Shown here: one piece after another, positions 1 through 14,900 of the stretch
Position numbering within the stretch: position 1 is the stretch's first letter
Layout of the letters: the number at the start of each line of letters is the position of its first letter
Origin: Monocercomonoides exilis PA203
Taxonomy: Eukaryota; Protista; Preaxostyla
DNA: 64,000 nucleotides
Reading direction: 5' to 3'
Assembly (NCBI GenBank): GCA_001643675.2
Contig: LSRY02000033.1
Location: forward strand, 62,001-126,000
The notes under the pieces: model-generated
The model's database searches: none
Told to the model about the DNA's origin: nothing
The model's input: the letters and a program-made list of their open reading frames with translations, nothing else
Made by a program: the position numbers and the translations under genes

Positions 1-3000
1 TTCTGTTTCTTGTTGAACTGCTTGATTTCCTTTATAATCAGCATTTGGAATGACAACTTCTGATGCTTTTTCTTCTGAATCAGTATTCATCCTTGAGTTC
101 CTCGTTGTGTCAGTTTTTCTCTTGCTTTTTGTACTTATTCGAATGGATTTCACTTTTTTGATTCTTAGAACTTTCTCTTCTCTGTCTTTTTGCTTGTTCT
201 CCATCGTCAAACGCTCAAGCTCAGTTTTTCTTTCTCTTTTTTGTATCTTCTTTGAAACCTCATTGTTATTCTCGCTGATGCCTTCTTGCTCTTCTTTGTC
301 TTCCTCTTCTTCTATTCTTCTTTCTAAATTTGATTCTTCTTTTTCTTTCCCTTCAAGTTCGTTAGTTTCTTCAAAATGGCTGAATTCTTCCATTTCACTT
401 GCATCTTTATCATTTGTTATTCCTCCGCTAAAATCTTCTTCCATTTGGATTTTTGTATCGTCTTTGTCCAAAGAATCTTCAGTCACATCTTCAAAACTTT
501 TCTCACATTCAGTGCTCAATTGTTCTTCCTCTGTCTTCTCTTCCAAGCTCTTCTCTTCTGATTCATCTGTTTTGATTTCATCATTCTCCAACTTTAGTTC
601 TTCTTCTTCTTCTTTGTTCTTTTCATCACTTTCATTATTTTCCTTTTTAACAATCTTCTCTTTATCTTTTTTAGTTATTTTAATGACTTTCGATCTGCTT
701 CCAACTTTTTTCTCAACTTTTAATTTTTTGGCTCCGTTTTTGTTTTCGTTTTCCACATTTGACTTGTTCTTGTCGCTTTCATCATTTCTGCACATTTCCT
801 TTGTATCATCATTTGAAAGTCCTGTGCCTTCCATCAATGCTGCATCCCTTTTCAGCAACAAAATCTCTTTCTTTAATCTCCTAATTTTTTGCTCTTTTTT
901 TGCATTTGTTTGCATTGTGCTTTCATTGCTTGTCTGCTCCTCAACCTTTTCTGGATGATCTGTTTGTTCTACTTTTCTATTGCTGATCTTAATTTTCAAA
1001 ATCGGAGTGACTTTCTTTTTCGGCTCTCCTCTTTCTTTCTTTTCTTCTTCTTTTGCTTCTTCACTTCCTCTTGTTGCAGGACTCCTCACATTTTTCGCTT
1101 TTGTATCATCTGAATAGATTTCTTTCTCTTTTTCTGCTTCCTTGTTTGGCTTCGCTTTCTTTGATTTGGAATCAACAAATGGCATTTTCAACTTGCTCAT
1201 CTCTTCTTTTGCAATGTCTGCTTCCTTCAAATCAGCATAAAGAGATCGTATTTCCTTTGATTGTCTTGTCAATTTGTTGACCATTTTTGTATTTTCATTG
1301 CTTAGCAAAATTCTTTCTTTTCGTATTTCTGTTGCATCATTCAAAACTTTGTGATTTCTAAGAGTCAAATGCTCTGTCTTTTCATCGTCATCACTTGATC
1401 CGTCTTCTTCCTCACTGTTTTCATTGCTTTGTGTTCTTAAACGCATCGTGAATCCTTTTTCATCCTTTGCTTCATCGGCTGCTTGTTGTTTTAGTACTTT
1501 TTCCAACTCCTTCATTTTCAGTGAAAGATTTCTTTTTCGTTTCACTTCTTCATTCCCTTCTGAAATCTTCTTCTTTTCTCCTCCTGCAGTATTTGCACTT
1601 CTCAAACGACTTGTAATTTGTCTGTCTTCAGATTCATTTGTCTCTTCATCTGATTCTTCTTCCTCCTCCTCTTCCTCTTCCTCTTCTTCTTCTTCTTCTT
1701 CCTCCTCTTCTTCCTCATCATCATCATCTTCTTCCTCTTCCTCTTCTTCTTCTTCTTCAGAATCATCACTTTTGTTTTCGCTTCGTAAATTCAGGCTTTT
1801 GGCTGTCATTCGAAGTTTAGCAACATTTCCTTCATTTTGCCCATTCTTTTTAACTCCTTCTTTATCTTTCTCATTCACTTTTCGAATGCTACTCAACCTC
1901 AATACGCTTCGATAATTTGGAGATTCAATGTTTTTCGCTTTGATTTCATTGTCTTTTTCTTCTTTATCACTTTTGTTGATTTCATTAGGCTTCCTTAATC
2001 TCAGCACAGAGCGTTTTATTTCAGTCTTTTCAGATTCATTTTTTGAGCTGTTTCCACTTTTAACTTTTTGAACTTCAGTCTTTTTATTCGATTGAGATTC
2101 ACTTTTCCCTCTCAAAGAAACTGTGCTTAGTTTTATTTCTTTGCCCTTTTGAGGAGAATTATTGCCACTTCTGGTCATCATAACCTTTTCTTTCTCTTTC
2201 ACATCCTCTTCATCAGAATTGTCTATTTGATTTCGCAACTTGTAAATAGTATTTCCTTTTTTAGCCTCTTTCTTTGCATCTCCTTCACTTGCAACTGAAT
2301 TCTGTTGATCATGACTTCTTGTGGAAGTTCTCATCAAAGTGACATGTTGTTCTTTCTGAGAAATTGAATGGATCGAATGTGCTTTTGACTTTTCGCTCTG
2401 ATTTGAAGCAATTTTCTTTTCAGCATTTCTCAAGTTCTCTTTTGTGATGATTTTCTTTATAACCTTCTTTTCTTCTTTTCCAATGGAACCTTTCTTTGTT
2501 TCTTCAGCTTCAGAATTGCTTTCTTTAAGTTGTTCTAATTCTTTGTCAGATTTTCTCGTTTCGTAGCTTTTCGTTTGTTTTTCTCTGTTATCCAAATCTT
2601 CTGCTTTTCTATTTTGAGTCTGCAGCTCTTTTCGAAGGGCGAACATTCTTCGTATTTTGGATTCGCTGTCAATCTCATCCAAATTCAATTCATTCTGTTT
2701 TTGCTCTCCTTTCTTTGTTCTTTTCATTGATTCGTTTCTGATCAATGTTTTGTTTCTCAGATTTCTTCGTGCAAGAAGTGGATGAACGCTCTTTTCTTTT
2801 CTTTTCTGTATTTCTTTTCTTCTTCTTCTCAGATGTTCCTTTATGCTTTCAATTTCTCTTTCTCTCTCTTTCTCCTTCTCCTTCTCCATCTCTCTTTGCT
2901 TTCGTCTTTCTAACTTCTCCTTCTTTTCCTTCTCATTCAGCAAACGTATTTTCAGTTTATTTCTCTTCCTTTCTTCATCTCTCAGTCTTTCCATCAGAAG

Positions 3001-6000
3001 CTTCCATTCCCTTTCAATCTTTCTCGATTCTGTTTCTGTATCCTTCTGCTTCTTTTTGATGTGCATTAATTTTGTGCTTGTCTTCAGCATCTTTTTGAGA
3101 GAATCGTTCTTCTTTTTCTTCTTCTTTTTTTCTGTCTCTTTTGCTCGAAGATCAATTTTGTGGAACTCCATCTTTTTCGGCCAGCCATTCAAAATCAGCG
3201 CTTTTGGCATCAAATTGATGGGCATTCCAATTCCATTCAAAATCAGCAGTTTATTCTGACCTTTGCCTTTCATCAGATTCTCAAATAGAGAAATAGAGTT
3301 CTTCTCTTTTTCTTTGCTTTCCTCATCCTCTTCTTCATCCTCACCATCATCGTCTTTATCTTCACTATCAACTTCGCTTTCTTCTTCTTCTCTTTCTTCG
3401 TCATCATCAGACGTTTCATCCTTCTCTTTGTCTGACTTTTCTTTGTCACTTAAAAGCCCAATTCTTCCATTTACTTCTTTCTTTTGTGCTATCAATCTGT
3501 TTCTGTTTGGAAGCAAACGTTTTCTCTCTTGTTTTTCTTTTGCTATTGTAATTCGTTCACTTGCAAGTTCTGTGTCTGCATTCATATTGTACCTTTCCTT
3601 TCCTTCAGCAAGCCCTCTGCTTTGAGTTATTTCGCTTTTATCTTCTGAGCTTTTCTTTTCTTTCCTCAGCTTCAGAGAAAGAATTGTCTTTCTTTTTTCT
3701 TTTCCCTTTGTCCTATCTTCTTCTTCTTCATCTTCTTTCTTCATCAGATAGGCACTTCCTCCTATCAATGCAACACTTTCATCTTCGTTCTTAATCTTTT
3801 GTCTTTCAGATTTCCTTTTCTCCACTTTTGAGTTTGCAGTTTCTGCTGTTTTCGATTTATTTTCGCTTTCTCTTTCATTCATCCTCTTTGCCAAAATCTC
3901 AAACAGAATCTTAAGCTCATTTTCCAATTCTTGTTCCATGCTGTTCTTATGTTTCTCTTTCCCGCTTTTCCTCTCATCTTCTTCTTTTATGCTCTTCTCA
4001 TACAAACTCTCCAGAAGATTCTTCACCTCAACTATTCTTCGCCTCATGCTCATGTTGCTGAATTCATTCGCATTTCTTCTGTTCAAATGCTCAGACACTC
4101 CTCCTTCTTCATCATTCGATTCTTCTTCTTCATTTGCATTTTTCGTTCCTGCTTTGTTTTTCCTGTTGTTTCTGCGCTCCTTCTCCTCTATCTCGTCTGT
4201 TTCCATTGCTTTGCTACCTTCACTGAGCGATCTCACTTCTTTCATCCATCTTCTCATCTTCTTATTGTCTCCTGCTGGACTTTCAGGTACATTTTTCTCG
4301 TTTCTCTTTCTTTCCATCTCTGATATTGCTTTTGATGGTGGCATCTTCTGTTTTGGTGATCCCCTCAAAAGCATCGGCTTAATCTGCTCTTTATTTCTCC
4401 TCGAAGCTGTTTGCGGGCTTTCGTTTTTAGTTCCAGTTGTGTTTTGTGGCTGGGCAAGACGAGGCAGCCTCAGTCTTATCAGATGTGTTGGGATGCGCAG
4501 AATGGAGCGATGTGCAGAAGAAGAAGGAGATTGATGCGGACTTCGTGTCTGAGCTGAACGAGACAGAGATGCATTCCCTCTCATCTGCTGTGGAGAAGGC
4601 AAAGCCCTCTTTTGTTTGGCAGATGCTAAAGCTGACTTGTCAGAAGAAGATATCTCATTCTTGTTTCTCTCATTTGATGAGGTTGAATAAGAGCGCAGAC
4701 GAGGCGATGATGATGGCATTGGCGAACGCTGAGGTCTGACTGATGCCATTTTTGATTCGTTGTTATCGATCATTCCATGTTCAATTTCCATTCCTCTTTC
4801 ATTCTCTTCTTTCATCCTTCGCGAAGACTGACGAGTGTTGCGTGAAGGAGATTGCGATGTAATGTCTGCCTCTAATGATTGCTGTGCAGATGAAGAAAGT
4901 CCTGTCTGTGAAAAACGAGGTGGTGAATGGTTGCTTGAAACAGAAGCAGCAGCAGAAAGAGAAGGAGGAGAAGGAGAAGAAGCAAAACGGAATCTCGATG
5001 TGGCTGGTGTGCTTGAAGGGGTGTCTCTTCCTTTGCGTATTGGTGGCGATAGAGTCATCAATTGATTTCGACTGAGTTTTGCTGAGAAGAGCGAAGATGC
5101 CTTCAACTGAGACTGGCGAAGGAGCTGTGAATAGGAAAGGCCAGGAGAAGAAGCAGGGCGAGCTGCTGGGTGAGTGCGTGAGGGTGTCAATGAAGGAGAG
5201 CGCAGATGGGGGCTTGTCTGAAGAAGACGAGCATTTACGTGCTGATTGAGACGAAAGCGTGGATGAGAAGGCAGAAGCAGCTGTTGAGGCGAACGAGAAG
5301 GAGAACGAAGGAATGTTGAAGAAATTGTTGGTGTTCGTTCTATTGTGCTACCACGTGTCTTCACATTGCTGCTTTTCAATCGACTCACCAAAGATGAAGA
5401 AGAATAAGAGGAAGAAGGCGAACGGAGCTTGATTCCTGAAACAGATGATGCATTTGTTGTCTTCCTCATGAGTCTAATTCTTCTTGCCTCAGCTGCAATG
5501 GATGAATCAATCGTTCCTGTTGATGAAGAAGAAGATGATGATGATGATGGCATTGAAGAAGACGTCAATGCAGTTGATTCAGAAGATGCTTTTGGTGTCT
5601 GTCTGATCAGTCCTCTCACTCGACGTGCAGCAGAAAGCAGTCGAACTGCGTGTTTTGTGGGTATTTCGATGTCATACGTGACTCTTCCTGGGAAGATGCG
5701 CTGCCTCACAACGATGTTGACTGAACTCGAAAGCAAATCGATTTCATTCATCAGAATTTCTCGTCTTGTTGTCTCGCGATCGAAGAGAAGAGTTTCTGCT
5801 GTCAGAAACGTGGGCCAGGGAGAAGAGGGCTTTTGCCTTTTGCTTCTGCTGGACTTGTAATGGAGTGATGAATAATGTGTGGAATATGATGGATGAGAGA
5901 AGGAGGAGGAGGATGATGATGAGATAAATTCTTTTGAAGATGAAGACTCATTCTTCATCAGTTGAAGCTTTTCTTCTTCTCTATTGTCACTCTGCTTTGA

Positions 6001-8946
6001 CTGCTGCTGTTGATGAAAAGTGAGTGAAGGTATATTTCTGAGTCTGTTTGCAACTAGAGGAGCAGCAGTGATGAACTGAGCAGAAGAAGCCATCAAAAAG
6101 CGAAGAGATGTTGTGAAGTTGTACAAAGAAGGAGAAAACGAGAAGTTGAATGAAGAAGCATTTCTGAAGAGTTTGTGTGGTTTGATCTCGAAAAGAGGAA
6201 CTTCTGAATTCTGAACGAAGAATTGATCATCATCCGAGAATGAGGTTTGATTGGTATCTGTTTCTGATTTGATGTCATTCAATTCTGAAGAAGAAGAAGA
6301 AGAAGAAGAAGAAGAGTTTGACTGATGAGTGTTTATTCTCTCACTTTCTGATTGAGGCGATTGACCGAAATAGATGGCTGGGACATTATTTGGAAGAGCA
6401 GATGCTTTCGTTGATTCTTTTTGTATGCGTGTTGAGATTGAAGATTTGAATGAGGTCACTTCAGAAGAAGAAGCAGAAGAGGAGGAGGAGGAGGAGGAGA
6501 AAGAGGAGGATGAAGATAAAGACAAAGAAGAAGGAAGAAGATTTGACCGAAGATTTGATGAATGGATGTTTGATTCAGAGAGATTTGGAGTTTCAAGTTT
6601 CACAGATGAAATAGTATCTGCAGTGTTTAAGGCTGAAATCTCATCAATTTCCATATGAGAAGCATCTTCATTCACTTTGCTTGATTCAATGGATGTATTT
6701 GTATGTGCATCAGAAAGTACATTTTGATTGTGCTGAGAAGAAGAAGAAGAAGAAGAAGATGATGATGATGATGATGATGAATCAACAGAAGAAATCAAAA
6801 CAGATTCTGTTTGTTGTTCGATTTTTGCTTCATCTTTCTTTTCATTCTCATTCTCATTCTCCCTTTCCATACTCAAAACTGACTCAGAATAATTCTCTTC
6901 GACTGATTTTCGCAGTGTGTCTGATGAATCAGACAGCAAATTTGCATCAAAAAAGAATATTTTTTGGTTTCTGTTGGCAAAACGAGAAGCAAAAAGAGGT
7001 GTTTGTGCAGTGAACAGGTCGAATGGAGTGAAGCTGAAGAGAAGAGCAGCCAATGGAATGGAAGAGCAGAAGGAGAAGAGAGAAGGTGCAATATCAACAG
7101 TTGATGAGGGAAGAGAAGAAGAAATTGAAGAAGAAGTTAATGTTGTTGATGATGATGATGATATTGGTGATGAAAGAGGAGGCATATGCATATCAGATGA
7201 ATGGATGGAGTGATCTTCTGGTTGATTCAAAGCAGAATAAGCAGAAGAATCATCAGAAACATACACAGAAGACATTTGTCTATCATTTGTTTGTGTTGAT
7301 GATGTTGATGACGATGTTGGTGAAGAATTCACTGATAAGTTAGCATTATTCAACTGCTTCATTGAAGAAAGGGATGAATCAGAAATCACTTCTCTTAAAC
7401 TGTTTTGTGAATAAAAGCGATGCTTTTTATTGAAACAGACAGGAGGAATGAGAGAAAGAAGAGTTGAACGCAGTTTCGAAGGCAAAGAAAGAGAGAAGTC
7501 AGTAGGAGGAGTGATGAAAGGAGCCAAATGAAGAGGATGGAGAGGAGAAAGAGAACGAGCTGGGATGATGCCAAATGAATCAGAAGAAGAGGAAGAGGAA
7601 GAGAAGGAAGAGAAGGAAGAGGAAGAAGAAGGAGAAGCAGAAGTTGATTGGCCATTGAGATTCAATGAAGCCAATGAATGTTGTGTTATTGCTAGTTCTT
7701 CTCCATCGTCTCTATCTGATTCTGTCTGTTTGTTTGTGTCATTCGCAATGAAAGTGTCTGAAAATGAAGGAGAAGCAGAAGAAGTCTGAAATACACTGGA
7801 ATTTGATGAAAGTGGTTGATTATGCTGCAGTGAAGGTGTATGAGCCATGATATTAGCAGCATTCACACCAGATTCAACAGAAAATGAGGGAGAAGAAGAA
7901 GAATTGATTTTGTCGAATGACTTAAACAAAACAGGAGAGAGAGTGAAGATTGGAGAGACGATTGGGAAGAGGAAGCGAATGTTCAATGGAAGAAATGGAA
8001 TTTCTTCTGATTTGAATTCGTCTTCTTCATCTTTTTGTGGATTCTTTTCATTCAACGACGATGAACGACGCTTAGATGTTCTCCAATAGCAAGAAGAGGA
8101 AGAGGAAGAAGGAGATAATTGAGAATAACCATTCAATGTATTTGTTTGTGGAGAAAGAGATAAGTTTCCTGAAGACAAAGTAGAAGAAGATGAAGCAGAA
8201 GAAGCAGCAGCAGCAGCTCTTCTTGTGGTGTAGATGCGACGTCTGGCAGATGAGAGATAAGAAGAGCGGACACGTTTGCCGTTTGTCAGATGCTTCATGG
8301 CAGAATTGCATCTGAGGAAGTATTGTGTGGATGATGGAAGGAAAGAAGAGGAGGAAGAAGAAGAAGATGATGATGATGATGATGGTGATAAGGTTGATGA
8401 TGTAGAAGAAGAGGTGATTGTGTTAGGAACAGAAGAGATGGATGGAGAAATAGTTGAATGTGATTTAGTTTTCTTTCCACTCATTTTTTTGGTTGACAAT
8501 TTCTTCTCATCAACATTTGCTTTATCTTCTTGTTTCTCTTTCTCTCCTTCCTTTTCAGTATTTTTGCTTCGATTCTTTAGTTTTGTTGTCTTCTTCTTTG
8601 AATGCGATTGTTTTGGTTTTTCTTTTGTTTGGGTTGAAGTTTGTGGTTCTTTTGACAAGTTGTAAATTGAAGGAGGAGGAAGAGGGAAAGGAAATTGAAG
8701 AGGAAGAGGAAGAGAAGAAGACGCAGAAAGAGGAGAAGAAGAAGAAGAAGCAGGAGAAAGAGAAGAAGCAAGAGAAGGAGATTTAAGAGAAGCAGATTTC
8801 AGAGGAGGAGTAAAGGAAGAAGACAAATAATTGCTTGGAGGGGCATTTTGAGTGAAGATGGGGAACAAAGCAGAATTTGGAGAGATCTGACTGTTTGTGA
8901 GAGAGGAAAGAGGAATTGCTGAATGAGATGGAGAAGAAGAGGAAGG

Positions 8947-8982
<36 letters not shown>

Positions 8983-11900
8983 GGAAGAGGAAGAGGAAGA
9001 GGAAGAGGAAGAGGAAGAGGAAGAAAAAGTATTAGTAGTGGAAGAAGATGGTGAAAAATTGGTAGAAGAAGAAGAAGAAAGAGGAGGAAGAGGAGAAGCG
9101 GAAGAAGAAGAAGGTGGTGATAATGCAACTTGAACAACAACAGACATTGAATTAGAACTTTTTGAAGAAGTTGAAGAAGAAGAAGGAGGAGGAAGAGGAG
9201 GAGGAGAAGGAGATGATGATGATGATGATGACGACGACGACGAAATAGTTGATAAAGTTGAAGAAATTGATGAAGCAGATGAAGAAGCAGATGAAGAAGC
9301 AGATGAAGAAGGAGAAGGAGGAAGAGGAGGAGAAGGAAAAGGAGGAATAGAAAGGGTGGTGAATGTGATGTTAGTGAGTGGAGCGATGGCTGGTGGAGGA
9401 AGAAGCTGAGAGGAAGAAGAAATCGAAAGAGAAGAACGTTTTTGGAGAGAATGAGCAGAGGAAGATGTGTTCAGAGAAAGCGGTTGGAAAGGCAAAGATC
9501 TGTTTTGAATTTGTTCTGAAGAAGATTTCTGTTTCTGCTGCTGTTGATGTTGCTGGGATGAGTCAGCTAACAATGGAGAAGAGGAAGAGAGGGAGAGAGG
9601 GAGGGGCAATGAAGAAGGAGGAGGAGGAGGAAGGGGTGGAGGGAGGAGAGGGGGAAGAGGAGGGGGAGAAGGAGAAGGAGAAGAGAGAGAGGAAGGAGAA
9701 GAAGAAGATTGTGGAGGAGAAGGAGAAGAAGGAGAAAGTTGATGAGGAGAAAGAGAAGAAGAAGAAGAAGAAGAAGAAGAAGAAGAAAGAGAAGGAGACA
9801 ATTTATGGAGCTTCTGATATTGCTGTATTTGTTTCATAAGAAGATATTGCTGCTGAAGCTGAATGGTTAGTTGTTTGCGCTTCGAAAGGCGGTTGTATTT
9901 CTGAGGTGTCTTAAACTTGAAAGAGAAGAGGGAAGAAGGAAGAGAAGGAGCAGAAGGAGAAGAAGAAGAAGAAACATTCGGAAAAGGAGGAAGAGGAAGA
10001 CTTGTTTCATTTTGAAATGGAGCAGAAAATTGAATGTTTGGCAGATTTGGTTGAGAAGAGGAAGAGGAAGAGGAGGAAGATGATGATGGAGATGATGATG
10101 AAGATGAAGCAAAAGATAGAGAAGAAAGAGAAGATGGAGAAGAAGGTGGAAGAGGAGAAGATGTTGAGGAAGGGGAATGAACAAGAGAAGGAGGCAAAGA
10201 AGGAGAAGATGATGAAATAGAAGATGTTGAAATAGAAGAAGAAGAGGAAGAGGTTGGAACTTTCAACGGTGAAAAAGCCAGCCCAGATGTGTTGAGATTA
10301 GAATGAGAGGGAGGAAGAGAAGGAAGATGATTTGTGTGCAAAGGAAGAGGAAGCATAGAAAGAGGAAGAGAAGGAGAAGAGACAGAAATAAGATTGGCAG
10401 AAGAAGGAGAAGAGTATGAGGATGATGGAGTAGAAGATGGAGATAACAAAAGGGAAGAAGGAGAAGAGGAAGAAGAGGACAAAGATAAAGACATAGACAA
10501 AGAAGAAGGAGAAGGAGAAGGAGAAGTGAAAGGATAAGGAAAAGGAGATGGAGATGGCGAAGAAGATGTGCTTGTTTGTTTGTTTGGCGAAGAAGCAGAC
10601 AATTTTTCTGAGTCTTTTTTGATGAACAGACTTGGCTGAAGAGGATTCTGAGGAAAAAGAACTTTTGAAATCGAATGGACAGCAGGAGAAGGAGAAAGAA
10701 CAGGAGAAGACTTGAAAGTGATTGAAGAAGGAGGAGGCAGAGAAGAAGGGAGAGAAAGAGAAGAAGAAGATGAGGAGGAAGAAGAAGAAGAAGAGGAGGA
10801 GGAGGAGGAGGAGGATGAGGATGAGGATGAGGATGAGGATGAGGATGAGGATGAGGATGATGATGATGAGGAGGTTGAAGAGGGTGAAAGGGAAGGGGAA
10901 GAAAAAGAAGGAGGAGAAGTGTTATTAGACAAAGAAGAAGACTGAGAAGGAGTCAATTGAACATCCATTGAATTATTCTGAAGTATTTTTTTGTTTCTTT
11001 TCAATTTTGCCTGTTTGACTGAATTTGGAGAATTTGGATCAGAAATGGGCTCTGAAGGAGAAGAAGAAGGAGAATGAGAAGAAGAAGGAGAAAGTGTTGA
11101 CAATTGAGATATCTGCACTAATGAAGCAGAGGAAGGGAAAGGAAGAGAAGTTATAGTGGAAGAAGGTGGGAGAGGAAGAGGAATTTGTGAAGGAGGTGGC
11201 AAAGGAGGAGATGTAACAGGAACAGAATGAAGGAGAGAATAAGGCAAATACGAAGAGGAGAAAGAAGAAGAACGGCTTGTGCGTGTTTGTTTGATGGATG
11301 AAATGGCTGGGGCAAATTGAGGAGATGAAGGAGATTTTGGTGATGAAGAAAGAAGAGGAGTAGGAGAAAGAGAAAGAGAAGGAGAGGAAGAGTTTGGCGT
11401 GTGCATGATGGATGAAGTTGATTGAGAAGGTGAAAGAGAAGATGAAGAAGATGAAGAAGATGGAGATGAAGATGAAGATGAAGATGAAGATGAAGCAAAC
11501 AAAGAGAAAGGAGGAGAAGAAGAAGATGAACGAGACAGAACAGCTGTGGTATTATTAACAGCAGGGAGCAGCGTTCTGTCTCTTCTGAGTGGAATGAATG
11601 AAGGAGGAAACTGTGGTGACTGTGGAGTGTCTGAAGGGGTGTCTGAAGGGGTGGGTGTGGATGATGGAGTGGATGATGGAGTGGGTGTGTGTGTCTGTTC
11701 AGGTGTTGTTGCGTGTGACGATGTTAATGTTGATGTCAATGTATTTGTGGATGTGTTTGTGGATGTGGATGTGGTTGTGTTATTTTCCTCCTGTTTTTCT
11801 GTGGTGTCATTCATTCCAGAGGCATTTTCAGATAAAGAAGGAGAAGAAGAAGAAGAAGAAAGAGAAAGAGGCAATTTAAACACGGAATTGGATTGAGATG

Positions 11901-14900
11901 AAGAAATGGAGAAAGTGTCTGATTCTTTTGGTTTCTTTTCATTCTCCTTCATTTCATCTTCTTTGCTCATTGAAATGTTGCTGCTCTGAGATTTATCCGT
12001 TTTCACTCTTATTTCAATTGATGGAAACGGATTTGTTGTGCTTGATGTGTTCAAATTCAACGATGAAATCACCTCAGATGGCACAGGAATGACAATATTT
12101 GACTTTGTTGCTGCTTTTTCAGAAGTGTGTTTTACTAACATTTTCAATGCATTTGCATTCGGAGAAATAGAAATCGGAGAATTAGATGATTTTATTGATT
12201 CAACAGCAGTCATAGCCGTTGGGTTAGGCATCTTCTGTGCTTGGTTGATTGATTTGAGTGGGTCATTTGATAATGTTGTTGTGTTTGTACTCAAAATTGG
12301 CTTGGGAAAAGCAGAAACAGAAGAAATTGACGGAGAAATAGAAGAAGAAAGAGAAGGAGAAATAGCAGAAATGGGAGAAAGGGAAGGAGGGAAAGAAGAC
12401 TGTTCTTCATTCAAAAGAGGGCGTGATGCAGCCAAAGGAGCAAACGAGTCTTTTAAATTCTCTCTTTCCTTTGTTGGTGGAGTTGATGGAATGTTGAATG
12501 GATTGAGTGTCAGAGGAACAGATATGCTGAAAGGAATAAGCTTTGCATTCGAACTCGAAAATCCTGTTTTCACTTCATTTGAAGAAGGAGAAATACTTCT
12601 GATGCTTCTGTTATTATAATTGTTCGTGTTGTTCATGCTGTTGTTGAAGCTTTTGAGCGGTTGAGATTGTGTTTCTGTTCCATTCAATGGAAGAGAAGAA
12701 GAAGAAGAAGAAGAAGGAAGATATGAATTGCTGCTTGGCTGAGTGGAAGCGGCTAAAACATTCGGGAAATGAAGAGAATTGTTCAAAAGAGGCAGAGATT
12801 GAGGCATGTTAGTGCTCTTCACTAACACATTTTTGACTTCTTGTTCTTCCGATGAAATGTTGTTTCCTTGTTTGTTTGTCTGTACAACTTTTTCTTCTTC
12901 TTCTTCTTTTATTTTATCTTTGCCTTCCTCTTCATCATCATCATTTTCTTCTTCTTCGTTCTTCTCATCCAATCTCAAACGACTTGTTCTTTGTGGTTTA
13001 ACCCTTTTCTTTCTTTGTGTTTGAATTGAATCATTGGCAGCTGAAGATGATTGGTTCAGTTCTTCAGGAAGTTGGATTGGTGCCTTAGCAGAAGAAGAAG
13101 ACGACGACGATATCAACAATGAAGTCTCATTCATCATTCTTGTTCTGCTTCTTGTTAGTCGCAGATTTGATGTTGGCGAAGAAGATGGTTCGATCAACAT
13201 CACATCTTGTGCATTGCCATCTCTCTGATTAAATTTGTCTTCCTTTTCCATTTCTCTTCTTTCTTTCTCATTTTCATTTTCTTCTTCTTCTTTTTCCATA
13301 GAAGCAGAGCATTCTTCAACATCATTGCCAGAATCTGCTTTGATTTGTTGTGAATTCTCGGCAGGTTGTTCTTCATCCATTGAAGATGTCTCAATCACCA
13401 TTTTGTTATTCTCTTCTCCTTCTGATTGAACTGTCATTGGAGAAGATGTTGATTTAAGCTGTTGTATTGCCTTGTTCTCATCCAATGAAGAATTCTCTTC
13501 TTTTATTTCCTTCATTCGATTGATCATTTCTTCATTCTTTTTCTCAGAAACCTTCTCAGATCCATTCGAAATGGTCAATTTTGATACAAAACTGTCGATT
13601 TCATTGTTGATATTTTGCATTTCTTCTCTTATCATCTGCCTCCATTTCGGTTTCAGCTCATCTTCTTCCTTCATCTTCTCTTGTGTATCTTCTCTTTCCT
13701 CTTTCTCAATCTCTGCAATTGTCGAGTTCAATGCAGCTAATTCATTGTTCCCTTTGTTCTTAATCTTCTTCTTCTTCTTCGCTGTCGTTTTCTCCCTCTC
13801 ACTTTCCAGTTGCATTTCTGCTTCCTTCAGCTCAATCGCTTTCTGAACTTCTTTTCGCCTTATGTTCTCAATCTCTTGTTCCATCACTCTGAACAGCTCT
13901 TCTTCAAAAAGTGAGTCATTCTTCATTTCTCCTTCTCTTCCCATCCCTTTCACCTTATTTGCACACTCTTCATCCATCTTCATCCTCTTCGTTTCTCCTG
14001 TCCTCTTCCTCATCCTCATCTCCATCTCCATCCCCATTCCCATAGCCATTTGTTCTCTCTCTTTCTTCTCCACACAATTCATCAGCATCCTCCTCTGTAC
14101 TATTTCTGCTGCTGCTGCACATGCATCTAACAGAGCATCACAATGCATCACAAATATCGTGTCCATTTTACTTGCATCTTCAAACGGCTCAAACAAATCC
14201 ACAGCAAAGGAAGCATGGTCTTCTAATGCTGACTTCACCACTGATGGCACATTGATCATCTCCTCCATAATCTTCTCTGCTTTCTCACTGTCACTTTTGG
14301 CACTGCTGCTTGTGGTGGTGGAGGTGGTGGTGCTGTTGCTGATGTCACTACTGTCATCACTGATGCTGCTATTGCTGCTGAGAATGCTGCTGTCACTCTC
14401 TTCATTTTTCTCTCTCTTCTCTCTCTTTTCTCTCTTTTCGCTTCTGTCCTTTTTCTCTCTTTTGTTCTTCTCTTCTCTTCTTTTCTTTTCCTTCCGCTGA
14501 GCTTTGGCTTTGGCTTTGGCCTTCTTCTCCATCTCTCTTTTGGATGGCTCAACATTCTCATACGACGAGGATGAAAGAGAGCTCAACTCCTCTTGTTTTG
14601 AAGGAGTGTCAGAAGAAGGTTTCGTTTCAGGCATTTCATCTGGCTCATCTTTTCCTTCCGTTCCAACATCTCCTCTCAATCTCATTGTTCCTGCCAACTT
14701 CTTCTTTTTCTTCCTTCTTTCTGATCTCGATCTGAGAGCATTGCGCGCCTTGTGCATGTTTTCTCTCCGAATCTCTCTCAATCTTTGGCGACTTGTCAAA
14801 TCTGCTTCTGCTTCTGCTTCTGCTTCTGTTTGTGGAAGAGATGAATTAGAATTCTTGTTTGGCTCAATGTCCATCAATTCTGAATTCTCCTCTTTGATTG